A stretch of 64,000 bases of DNA from Ramazzottius varieornatus. Lineage: Eukaryota > Animalia > Tardigrada. The position numbers were made by a program, and so were the translations under genes. The notes beneath the pieces were generated by a model. That model was not told the DNA's origin. It searched no databases and saw only the letters and a program-made list of their open reading frames with translations. The stretch covers positions 248,001 through 312,000 of the forward strand of contig BDGG01000017.1 of assembly GCA_001949185.1 (NCBI GenBank), in the 5' to 3' direction. This document shows positions 48,901 through 60,998 of the stretch, piece by piece (position 1 is the stretch's first letter; each line of letters starts with the position of its first letter).

Positions 48901-50762
48901 GTCCACGAGATGGGCTTTGTCCATCGAGACATCAAGCCCGACAACATCCTCATCGACCGGCACGGTCACATCAAGTTGACGGACTTCGGCTTGTGTACGG
49001 GGCACCGCTGGACCCACCGCTCGCAGAACTACCACGCGAGCGAGACCGCGCAGACCATTCACGTTCGTACGGACTCTCTGGCTTTCCCCAACAGGCAGCA
49101 CCAGATACAGGCGACCAACCAGCATAAACGCGGATCGGGAAGACGGTTGGGCGGACCTATGCTCCATCGCAGTAAGAAGGTCCACCAGAGGCAGTTGGCG
49201 CACTCACAAGTCGGAACTCCCGTACGCATTCTCATTCTCATTATACTTCCATACCGTTTTTGAATGATCATTCTCCCTAGCATGGAAGCTCGGTAGAAAA
49301 ACTCGACAAGATCGTTTTCTCAAGTGGCAAGCCAGTATGGCTGAAGACGTGCGCTATTTGAGACTGACGACCTTGCCATGTTTTCCATGTGGCGCTGTCG
49401 GAAGCTGATGACAATGATGACATGCGCCACTGGAAGAGACAATCTTGTCGAGCTGATTTACCGAACTTTCAGTTTGTGGTGGGGAACTGTGTGATGTTTC
49501 ATTTGTGGTGGTCTTCCTCCTTCAGAATTATATGGCACCGGAAGTGATCACGTCCAACAGTCAGTCAGGTATGTGAGTTTGAGAAGGAGTGGACTGGTGC
49601 CAGCAGTATCAGACGGGAATTTTGAAGATTGATGGATTGACAGGTTATACTCAAGTTTGTGATTGGTGGAGCATGGGTGTCATCCTGTACGAGATGCTGT
49701 ATGGAAGACCGCCATTCCACGCGGAAAGCGCCGAAGATATCCAGTACAACGTGAGTGCACCACCAAGTTCTCCGATCAAATTTCGCCTTCCTTCTAGGGT
49801 ATCGGGAATGTGTCTGATCTGAGCGATGGTAGATTTTCAGACTTGAACAAGCAAAAATTCCATCTGACAAAGGCAGATTTATTAATTAATTTTTGAGACT
49901 CTCAGTGCTTGACTGGTGATACCCGTGCTCTGATCGGCAGAAAGCAGCGGGCAGACGAGCGTTCTTCTACGATACTTTACAAACTGTATGACGTTTAGTT
50001 TCGTATCATTATATTTTTGGTATCGTACTGTAGATTATCCATCATGACGAGACATTACGACTGAACATGGGCTACAACCTGTCCCCGGCTGCCGTGGACC
50101 TTGTCGCCGGTCTAATCTGCAGCGCCGAAGATCGGTTGGGCAGTCGCGGTACCGACGAGATCAAGAACCATCCCTTCTTCCAGGAAGTCGACTGGTCCTC
50201 GGACCTGCGCCAACGCCAAGCACCCTATGTCCCGCTGATCCGTAGCCCAGAAGACACCTCCAACTTTGACGTCTTCCCCGAATACTCGTCGGCCTTCCCC
50301 TCCGAGTCCGCGTCATCCAAATCGTCCCTCCAGTCCAGCCCGCAAAAGACTAACAACCCCAGTCCCGCCATGGACGACAAGAGTCACCACTTTTTCGAGT
50401 TTACTTTCCGACGCTTCTTTGATACTCAAACTTTTGACAAGGTGGCTGTCTTGCGCACACCCATTTGTGAAAATGAAGAGGGTAACGCGGTACCGGACTA
50501 TTCCAGCCAGTATAATCTCCATCAACCGGCGAACGACTCGTGGAACGTCACGGCACCACCACCGTTACTGACCCAGAGTTATGCGCCGGAAAGTGCGATG
50601 GCCTACCAGTGTATCCGCGAACCACCACCGTACTCGGCCGCAGTCAACTTTGACGCTGCAATTCTGAGAGGCTTGAATGTGACTGGTCGAATACAAGGAA
50701 TTTCGGGGCATGTCCAACCAAGATCTGCTCAACGTGATGACAATGCAGCTGTTTATGTATGA
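45957..50762 (+). CDS. LATS: LATS/warts Ser/Thr kinase (Hippo pathway)
   Basis: [19 protein letters not shown]-binding region, [63 protein letters not shown], hydrophobic motif [10 protein letters not shown] and C-terminal VYV*. Confidence 0.96.
46288..46388. repeat. Palindromic family A single unit (LATS intron)
   Basis: CAAACTAGACAG...AAGTGGCGCAT-N25-GTGCGCCACTTGGGAAA...CTCGAGTTTG. Confidence 0.9.
47552..47790. repeat. Palindromic family A array (3 units, LATS intron)
   Basis: Three units; spacers in reverse, forward, forward orientation. Confidence 0.85.
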
Positions 50763-51489
50763 ATTTCATTTTTCTTGTGTATTTTTGTGAAAGAAGTGTC
50801 AACTGTATGCTGTGAGACAACTTCGGACGTCGGCAAATGAATCGAACACGATCGTTATATCAAGTGGCGCACTATTTCGTTGTTGTTGGCTGGAAGGGTG
50901 CGCCAGTTGGGAAACGATCGTGCTCAAGTCATTTGTCGACGTCTTACTAACCGTACGTGGATAACTTTGAACATAATTAGTACAAGAATGCAACAAGCAG
51001 AAGCATGCGATACAGAATGTTCGACGTAAACTATAAGAGCTATTCAGAGCTATTGAGAAGCCAGTTTCTTTGAGCCGTCGTCTGGCATAAAGGATATTCT
51101 TACGAGCAGAAGAAGTTAGGTAGCAGAAAAGAAGCCGATCATGAATTTTGGAAACACGCAACTTTTTTGCACCGAAAGTCTACCAAATGTCAAGTCAAAA
51201 GTTTGAAGTACAGGTAACGTTACCACCCAAGATTTCTTCCAGTGGTACAGAACCTGAATAATGCGACGAGTTAGGGCATGCGCCACCGGAAACGGTATCC
51301 GGGGAAACTGTCGTGCTTGATGCAGAAGATGGGCTTGTAGGCGTTTGCCGTGCACTGTCTACCACTCCTTCTAGTTCGCAATGCTCTTCCTCTGGAAATC
51401 CAAATTTCTGAATCTAAAGTTCAAGGTCATTCTTCATTACACAGGGAGTTGGGTCAGGTCCGAGCGATTTGAATGAACTTCCGAAATGG

Positions 51490-54400
51490 ATGATCGCGAT
51501 GGAAGCTGCCAGTGGGCTATGGCAAATATCATCCGCCGTCTTGGTAAATATTTTTCTACAGCTGTACCTTGTCAGCTGTCTCCCGTTTATTGACATCTCG
51601 GTGCCGTCTCAAGCGATCCATTACCCAAACGATAATCACAAATTAGTCGGTAAGTCTCAACTTGGCTACGCATCAATATTAACACCGCAAATTTGGCGCG
51701 CAGGGCTGACAAAAGGTTACAGCAGGCAGAGGTGTGCCAGTGCCTGCATTCCGACCAGTTGATTGGGTTGATCGGACCAATACACACTCGCACCTCGCAA
51801 ATATCGTGGCTCTTTTCAGGTTCCGTTCTTCCCAAAGAATTGTCCCGTTCTCGTTCCAAGCGTTCTTCCTACGACATCAATGGCGATGGAGAACATCCAC
51901 CTACGGAGCACGAGAGGGAAGACGACTCGGTTCTGCGCCATTGCTTCAAGACGCACAACCTGTCCACGCATCACACAGCTCCCGGCCATGAGTTGCACTT
52001 GGAGCGCTGCACGGCGCATGCCTACGACGAGAACTCTCCCCATATCCACTCGCCCGCCATATTCTTCATCACTATCACGCTGGTTACCGGCAGCTTAGCG
52101 CTGATCGTTATTCACGTTGTCCATCACTATGTCATGATTCCCTACACTGTTGTGGTCTTGCTGCTGGGATGTGTTTACGGCTTGATCGTCCGCACAAACT
52201 GCGCTAAACTCAGCTGGTTCACCCTCATCACCGATATTAACGCCGAAGTTTTTCTTCTCATCTTCCTACCCGTTCTTATCTACGAAAGCGCCTTCACCAT
52301 GCAGATTTATCTCTTCCACAAGCTGTTGCTGCACATGCTCATCGTTGGCAGCATTGGAATGGGTAAAAAATCTGTATCACAACCGCTTGCATTCGTGCAT
52401 TTACGCCACTGCGATCAGCTGTTCATGTATGCTCACTGTGACGTCATCTGCGGATAGAAAGTTTTTTCCAGCTTTCGTGCTTAAGTTAGTATTCTGAGCA
52501 ATGTTTTCTGTCTTGCAGGTTTGGCCTTTGTGGCTTTGGCGTATCTTTCGGTGGCCATCTTCAGTGCTTCCGTCCCTTGCTGGAACATTTACGTTGGCTT
52601 AATATTCTCGGCGATCATTAGCGCCATCGACCCTGTTCCCGTCATACCGCTGCTAAAAGAATCTGGTAACATACGGCAAATTTTTATCATTGAGTGCTGA
52701 AGCGGAAGTGGACTGAATTTGGTTTACTTTCGCAGGGTCGGTCAAGTCGTTAACTGTTGTTTTAGAAGGTACGTCGTTGTTAAGCGAAGCCACCGCTGTG
52801 GTTCTGTACAAGCTCTGCTCGAAGATACTGAGCAATACCGAGATGACGGTTTACGAAGAGATCGGCTACGTCTGCCGGATGATCCTGGGCGGACCGGCAT
52901 GGGGTGGGTACGTTGATCACCTTCACTCCTTTTTTTCCTCCTTTCCCTACTGCCTAACGCCTCACTTGTACCGCTGTTCATCATGCGATGACTCTTGTAG
53001 GGTTGTTCATGGGCATTCTGGAAACAACGATTCTGTCGCGTATGACCAACATGTGGGAGAGTGAAGTCATCCTGATACTCAGCGTCCCTTACGTTACGTT
53101 CTGGTTCGCCGACGCTGTCTTTGGCATCAGCGGAGCCTTAGCAGTTTTGGTCTTGGGTTTATGGATGAGCTCTCATCGCGCCATCGTCCAGAGCGCTACT
53201 GCCCGTACGGTCCAGCGGTAAAAATTTAACTATTTACTGGAAAAACGATCTTGTTGGATTTTTTTACTGAGGGTCCGAATTACATTTTCTTTCTTATATT
53301 TTAGGTTGTGGGAATGTATGAAGCTGATTGCAGACACGCTCATCTACAGCATCTTTGGCGTACTCATCACAGAAACAGCAGTCACCCATCTGCAACCAGA
53401 AGACTACTGGATGATCCTTCTGATCAGCCTAGCAGCGCTTCTAGTAAGGTCAGTAGCAGAGAACACACTTCCCTGTCGTCAGAACCCGAAGTGAATGATT
53501 TTTCATTAGGTTTGCTTGTAGAGGTGCGTCGTTTTGCCTGCTGCAGCCGATCCTGTCCCGTATCGGTATCGGTCAACAGGTCTTCACCTGGCCACACATT
53601 TTCGTGCTGGTGTGGGGCGGCTTCCGTGGTGCGGTGACGCTGTCGTTGGGTCTGCTGGCTACTGACGCAGGTGGCGTACTGGCCAACTATGACGCTGATG
53701 TCTCCTCCAAGGTCGTCTTCCATTCCGCCGGCATTGTCATGTTCACTAATATCTTCAACGCTTCCACTATGCGCTACTTTCTGTCCAAAATAGGTAAAGT
53801 CAGAATCCGCACATCAAAGTCTGGGTACTGCTAACAAACTGCGTTCAAGCAGCACAGTTTATTGTAAGGTTGTCGAGTTAGGTCATTGAAAGTAGGCAGT
53901 GACAATTCTGCAAGAACCGGCATACTTGTACAGTACACGAAATGTGTGGTCCGCTGTATGCAGGTGTATCAAGGTTCGGCTGTTGACTTTCTTGTCCTGT
54001 TGTACATTAAAATGTGAGTGTTGCAGGTGTGCTGGACTTTCCGCTGTCGAGACTGATCAGCCTAAACATCGCATTGGACCACTTACGAGAAATGCAGAAA
54101 GAACAGATCGACATCTACGCGGCAGATCATTACATGACGGATACCGACTGGATCAAGGTCCAAGAGCTGACGACGTTCGACAAACAAGACTTCGGTGTCC
54201 ATCCCGATTTCACCAAGGTAAGTGGTGTCTGAATCCTATGTGGAAGCTCTTTGGGATGAATGCCAGTTTTTAATTGTAGTTTCGGGACGTGGAAATGCAC
54301 TTCATGATGCGCCAGCACGAAGATTCTTTAGCCATGCGGAGGAACGCCCTCTATCCGATCCACCCAACCCACGGTCAATTCCTTCCTCGTATTGACCATC

Positions 54401-57400
54401 ACCGCATTGACCACACCGACCTTCACGTCTCGTCGGACATTGATCTGAAAAGAGAGTTGACACCGGAACAGGTCAAGGAAGTTCAAAGCATCGCGCGGTT
54501 ACGCCTGATCAAAGCCAAAAAAGTACGATAACATTCACTATGACAATTTCATTACATCTTATGGTTTATTTGAGCCTTGCTTTCAGACCTCATACTGGAA
54601 GCAGTTCCGCAATGGAACTCTGAGCCAAGGCGGTGTGGAACTGCTGGACGACCTAACGGACACCTTGCTCCATAGCGAGCACGGCATGGTTGGTTCGGAA
54701 GACATCATTCATCATCTTCGAAGTGAAAAATGGGCAGGCTTTGTAAGTCCGGAAGAGATTTCGGCTTTTCTTCTCTGTTTTGTATTTGTACCTTTTTCTT
54801 TTTTTTCTGGAACTTTAAAAAATATTATGGAGACAGGCAAACGGAGTGGACGAGATCTTGATCTCAAGTGGCGCATTTTTTCATCCAGTACCACGGCAAA
54901 CATGCGCCACTTGGCAGAAGCAGTCTAGTCAAGTCTTTTAGGTGGCGCACACGCTCAGCTAATGTTAATGAAACTGCGCGCCACTTGAGAACGATCTTGA
55001 TATTCGGTTGGCCCAACTCCCATTGTTCAATATGATACGTTTTGCAAAATCTCAGAATATCCTACGGATATTTCCACCGATGTAATGCGGTTGATAAGTT
55101 GAGTTTTGCTTTGTGTTGGTAGAAGCGGACGCTGATGAAGTTCCACCGGATCGAGATGCAGAAGTATTCGAACGAGTACATAGCTCCCAGTGAGCCACGG
55201 CGGCTCTTCTTCTACCACATTGCTATTTCTCGCTGGCTAGAGTACTTCATCTACTTCGTCAACATTTTCAACTGTTCGGACACTATAGCCGACTGGATCA
55301 TCCACGGTGAGACGGTTGAGATCAACTGGCGAACTACCCTGTTCCTCTACCTGAACGTCTGCTTCTTACTGATCTACATCACCGAAGCTGCCATCAAAGT
55401 AAGCCCGATATCTTTGCCACCTGCATACACGTAACCGTGGAGTTTGGTCGGCGGTAATGTATGCATGTATCTGAGGGATTTCGGTTACAGGTTTACGAGT
55501 TGGGTTGGAGGGGTTATTGGGGTTCGACGTGGTACAGCTGGAACCGGGTGGACTTTCTGCTGTTGATGGTCAGCTGCATCGACATTATCGTGGCGTTTGT
55601 TTGTCTGTACGTTGACCACGATGAGGGGAAGGTTGTTGTGGGACCAGCAGCGCTGAGCGTCCTGAGGATCTTTCGTTTCTTCCGGCTGATTCGCCTACTG
55701 CGAGCCTTCCAGTTGCTCAAGGTACATGATGAATCTTGTCCAATAAGGTTGGGTCGGCGTGATCAGTTGCATAAATTTAAAAAAGAGTTAGCTTGGTGGG
55801 CAAAAAACATGTAGCAACCTTTCATCGCTCGAGTTGCGAGAAAACAGCTGAAGATCAGTCCCAAGGCCGTAAGGTACACATCGCTGATGACGTAGCCGTT
55901 TTCTGTCTAGAGCTTTAGACGATATGCCTGTATGTCACAGCAGACAGGCAGCAGGTAAATGTACGTTACGTAAGTGTCCGTAAGGTCGCTGGAGCTTTGC
56001 CGAACAAGTGATGAGGGACAGAAAATATCTGAATGCAAACACATTTCGGTCGACTGATAGACAGAAAAGACGAAGGTTGTGTGACTAAGCTGCACAACTG
56101 GTCAACTCTTGGCATTTTTTAGCCGGTTGTGCCGTTCGTCCTTAAGTTTCTGGACGAAAGCGTCAACTCCCACCTGTACTATGCCTTCGACCTGGCACGG
56201 GCTTTCGTCATCGGCCAGGAAGAAACCAACGTCATCCTGCCTACTCTCATCGGTTACCGCCCTTTGATCGCCCAAATCAAGAGTCGCTCTCAAGCCGACG
56301 CCCAGTTCATCAACAAGGAACTAGGCTTGCTTAACGAACAGCGCCCCGACGTGGCGGCTGCCGTCAAGACCCGACAAGCAGCCAGGAGTATTCTCAACCA
56401 TACAAGGGATACCGTCTTGGATATGCACAAGAAGGGTGTGCTGGACGATGATGATGTCAAGGTTAATTCTTGTCTCTTTTGCTTCCTTTTCGCCTGTTGG
56501 AATTGTCTTTTGAAGCTTTGTGCTTTTTCTGCTTAGAATTTCATGGAGGAATTCGGGGCCAAGGTTAAAAAGCTCAGTCATTTCCCCCATTCCATACTGG
56601 TGCTCGGTGGACGCGAAAGACTGTGGAACGTCCCCTGGATTTATGGTACGGTGTAATTCTGACGTTAAAAAACGGTCGTCGATTGAATGTCGTGAATCTT
56701 CAGTGGTACATGCACGACGAGAAATTATGGGGCCAGTCAAAATTATGGGTCCAGGCGGAAAAGACGGCAAAATGAAAATTCAAACGTAGAAAAGTGTCCA
56801 GAAAAGCATTACTATGAATCGGTCGTGTACGTATGTGCTTCCGTAGCGCCGTAGCGAAAAGGCCTGGCCCATAATTTCTCGTCGTACATGTACTGTGAGG
56901 GTGGCAATTATTAGAATTTGGCTGATTTTTGGGGGTTAGGTAACAAGCAAGTGTTCGAGATTATCAAGGCTCTCTTCAGCGAGCGCAAGTACAAGCGCGG
57001 TGAGCGAGTGGAAGTCTGTGGGGAGGCAGCTGCCGGTATCTACTTCATCGTCAGTGGCGTCCTCTCTCGCACTTTCCCACAAAACTACATTGACAGCGAG
57101 CTCGGTGAGATTTATGATTCGGACAGTCTGGAAGTAACCTACGATTATGTCAAGAAGGAGATACCACTGCGTTCCTCCGACTACATTGTGCCGGGTACCA
57201 TGATGAATGTCCAAAGCGTCTTGCTGGGCTTCCCCCGTAGATCTCACGTGACGTGCGAGACGGCGCTAAGTGTGCTCTTCCTGGATGGTGTTACGCTGAT
57301 GAAGACAATTAAAACGTTACCGGCGCTGGAAGCACACATCTGGAGGACGGTGGCGGTGTGCGTCGCTCTGAATATCGTCATTAAGATGGGTGCTTTAACT

Positions 57401-58401
57401 GTAAGCGTCAGCTCAGCAAACAAACCCTACAAGATCGTTTCTTCAAGTGGCGCATGCTTGCACTGTTGCCGGGTAAAGAAGTGCGCCACTTGGGGTACGC
57501 GACAAGACAGTACCGAATTGGCGCACCCTTTCAGCTAATAACACTGACGGCGTGCTCCACTTGGGGAAAACAGTCTTGTCGAGTTCCTTTACCCAACTCG
57601 CAAGTTTTGGTACTTGTAAACTGTATGATCTAGCAAACTGATTCGATGAAGTGAATGTAGGATAACTCAACTTCTGCCGAGCGGCATCGTCTATCGCGCG
57701 GGGCGGTTCGCTTGGTCCATGAAGGCGTTCACGTTTCGGGTTTGGATCAGTTTAGTGACGTTTTTCTGATCGCTGGTGTCGTCAAAGAGTTGTCTACGCT
57801 TGATCGAGAAGTTCTACATGCGCCGAGAAAAGTCTCGCCAGCGTATCGCGAACTGGAAGTCTCGCAGGGCCGAGACGCCACCTACGATGCCGTAAGTGTG
57901 GCCTCGACTGAGCACTCGAGGGTTTTCAATTTTGATTTTCAGTACGAATGCAGACCGTAAGAGCGTAATCTCTGCGCTCTGCAGGAAGAACAAGAAGTGT
58001 ACCCAGGGTACGCCGTGTTTTTGCTCGTTCCACCCGGTGAGCAGGACATTAGCAACATCAACATTCACGACAGTCAGACAGCTCTGGTGGAACCCGAAGT
58101 AAAAGCCGCCCCATCCAGCATGGATTTGACGGTCAAAAGCGGCAATGCGCGGGACTGGTTGTATAACTGGCTACCCTTGATCCGGCCCTCAGCTAAGAAC
58201 GTCGCCTCTTCAGCTCCGACGGCTGCACAACCGATGGCTTCTTCGACCGGTCTGGATCCGCGTCGCGCGAGTAACGTCGGACAGATCATCACTTATGCCA
58301 AGGAAGAAGAAAGGCGTCGCTCCAGAGTGCAGTATAACAGTGTCCTGACGGACCTCAACCAAGCGCGTTTGACCAGTAATCGCAAAAGCTGGCTGAACTG
58401 A
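51490..58401 (+). CDS. SLC9C1: SLC9C-type (sperm) Na+/H+ exchanger with voltage-sensor and cyclic-nucleotide-binding domains
   Basis: NHE TM motifs (IPYTVV, IFLPVLIYESAF, AIDPV, SGALAVLVLG, WGGFRGAVTLSLGL), VSD with S4 LRIFRFFRLIRLLR, VKTRQAARSILNH and CNBD GIYFIVSG...VTCET. Confidence 0.93.
56701..56895 (+). mobile_element. Tc1/mariner-type MITE family B, copy 1 (SLC9C intron)
   Basis: TIRs ...GTACATGCACGACGAGAAATTATGGG / CCCATAATTTCTCGTCGTACATGTACTG, with internal sequence shared with the copies at 61571 and 62078. Confidence 0.85.
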
Positions 58402-58805
58402 ACTGAACTGATGGCCCACTTCCCTGTCCCAAAAGCCTTTTGATGTTTACTCCGTTTCTCTTATATTTTTGGCTTAATGTTTCTTGCTGTCTCCTTTTTA
58501 TTTACAACTGGTGAAAGATTTTTACTCATTGATAGAAAGGGTAGAAACATGTATAGTAATGATTTTTTCTTAAAGGAGTAACGTTGAGATCGCAGGAACT
58601 TGTGAACCGTGCAACAAAGTTAAACGATAAAGGTCAGCGAAATGCCTTGTCCGGATATCTGTGTGCAACAAACGACGTTTCTTGTGTGAGAAAGTTGATG
58701 GGAAAGTAGGTACGTCGATCCTTTCACGTCGGTAGCTCTACAAGACAAATGAAGTTAAGGTGGAAGTATCTGATGCTGCGCGGTACGATCTGGGAGAGTA
58801 CTTAC

Positions 58806-60241
58806 TCATGATTAGAAGGGCGATCAAGCCGAAGAGTAACTGTGAAAATAATGTTATTGGTTATAAGGATATCACGGCGAGGAGCTTTTCGGGCCTCTCA
58901 AAAGTTTTTACATGCGCCGCATAGTCAAGATCCACGTGGAAATTTGTCTTACCGGTAGCAAGGTGTTGAGGTCGCCTATGGAAAAACAGAGACGAGATCA
59001 CGCACTTGGTCGAATATTCAGAAGCGGATAGAGCTGCTGAAGTTAACTTACTGTTGCCACCTTTGTTGTTCTGGCTCAGCAAGTAATACTCCAACTGTGG
59101 ATCAAACCAAATGTTAGCAGTTGCACTCCCACTTTATTCTTGACTGTATTCAACTTACGTAATTGTTGCCCCAGCCGCCGCCACCTCCTCCACCGCCACC
59201 ACCTCCCCAACCACCGCCTGTGAGGCAAGACAGGTACTTGAAATTTCCCAGTGTGGGATAGCAATGACAAAAGCTTACTCTTACAGCAACAACAGCCGCC
59301 GCCGCCGCCGCCTCCCCATCCCCATCCGCCACTTCCACCCCCATATCCTCCGCCATCTGTAACCAAGAGAAAGTAATAGCACAGAAGTAAGCCGTAGCGC
59401 TACACAAAAAGCACCAGATGGCCATCTGAAGTGGCGCACAATACCAGCCAGCAACACTGATGACGTGCGCCACTTGAAAAGACAGTCGTGCCGAGTGGTC
59501 CAAGTGGTGCACGGTCTCAGCCAATAAAAACGACATCGTGCGCCACTTGGGACAACGATCATGTACGTCTCATTCGCCGGTCTTCCACTGAGACGAAAAT
59601 AATGTAGCAAAACCCTCTTACCTCGAGCTGTGCGGTTAGCACTGAGGAACTCGCCCAGTGCTGCCACTTTGTCCGTCAAGTTGCCATTGCTGGCGCGCAT
59701 CATGGGCAGCAGCGGCTGGACTTTGACGGCGAGCTCCACCAGCGCCCTTTGCTTGGACAAACGGTCGGTGGTGTTAGCGTTCAAGGTCCGCAGGTGTGGG
59801 GCGGCCTCCAGAAAGAGTGACTGCATTTTGGTCTGCAGTGTACCATTGCCCGTCCAGATGGTGTTGTAGAACTCGTCCATCAGCGGCGTGCCGTTGGTGC
59901 GCGCCACCATGATGGACAACTCGGTAGTCGTCACCGAGGTAGAGAGGGTCCCGCTCGTTACCGAGGTAGAGGACATGGTCGTTGTCCAGTCAGCAGCGGT
60001 TACGCCAGTAGGAAAAGTTGTTGGGTAGGCAGTGTTGGAGCTCATTCTGTATAGGAGGAGTTTCTTCAGGAAAGTCAAGTCTTTTTTGGAGGGGAGAATA
60101 TTGGCACTGCTGAATACTGACGACAGAATCAAGGAACCAATGGCCACGGCCTATGCCACAAGAAATAATAAGAGTAAAGGCCACTCACCTTATGACATAT
60201 GCTCAAAGTATTCTTACCATAACGATAATACTTTTCCACAT
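58806..60241 (-). CDS. Secreted or membrane-anchored Thr-rich and Gly/Trp-rich protein; 3' end uncertain
   Basis: Exons 60241-60218 and 60150-59622 give signal peptide MWKSIIVMAVAIGSLILSSVFSSA and a Thr/Ser-rich then helical region. Mini-exons then encode DGGGYGGGSGGWGWGGGGGGGCCCC, GGWGGG...WGNNY, LEYYLLSQNNKGGN, SDLNTLLP and LLFGLIALLIM. Confidence 0.7.
59405..59565. repeat. Palindromic family A array (2 units)
   Basis: AAGTGGCGCAC-N25-GTGCGCCACTTG twice. Confidence 0.9.
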
Positions 60242-60998
60242 TTTTAGAGGCGGCAGTCAGCTAAAGCAGCGGACAGATGAGAACGCAACACGATTATTGG
60301 GAGGCAGTACACAGGAAGTTGCAAGTCAGGAAGTGACTACCGTTGAGGTCAGCATCGTTTCGCCCAGTGAAAATGGTTGTGAACGGCGGATGAGAGACCA
60401 GCCGCAATTACAATGGTCAAACTAGCTGGGCAGGAAATTAATGGTAGAGTGGATGTGGACAGGAAAAGCAGAGTGAAGTTCAGATTAAAAGCAACAGCGC
60501 TGCTCGGGCTGCGCGTTGGAACCCTCGAAAATCTGACTTTGTCCTACAGACAGAAAAGTGAGATCTCAGATGGATGGAGGAAACCAAAAGTAAGATAGAT
60601 TGCCTATGGCTGACTGCCTGCAGGTCTCATCTGCCTTATACGGCGGGTAACGTAATCGTAGTACCGCCGTTTCTAAAGACCGTGACCCATGGTCACTCAC
60701 CGATGCAGCTAATTAATGAACAAGCCATTTCAACGATTAACTGCCTGATGTGATGGACGACTGCCTATGCAGTGCACGTTTACGCACTAGAATGTAGATT
60801 TACTTTCAAAGCTGGCGTCCAGCAGATGGCCAGAGAGTGCCAGCGCAACACCTGACTGATGCTCGGTAACGAAGAGCTTAGTCGCGTCAGCAGTCAGAAA
60901 AGTTGAGCAAAAGGATGTTTAGTGGCCAACTGAAACCTTTCTAATAATTCAGAAAGATTGATAAATGGTGTGAACAAGTGGGGAAAATACTGCCCCTG

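Noticed and set aside
25855-58401. Functional cluster of cilia/sperm genes (TRIP11, RSPH3, SLC9C)
   Set aside because: They are interspersed with unrelated housekeeping genes and no shared regulatory signal was seen, which is compatible with chance.
60819-60832. CTCF-like motif CCAGCAGATGGCCA between divergent genes
   Set aside because: A single imperfect match is expected by chance in 64 kb.
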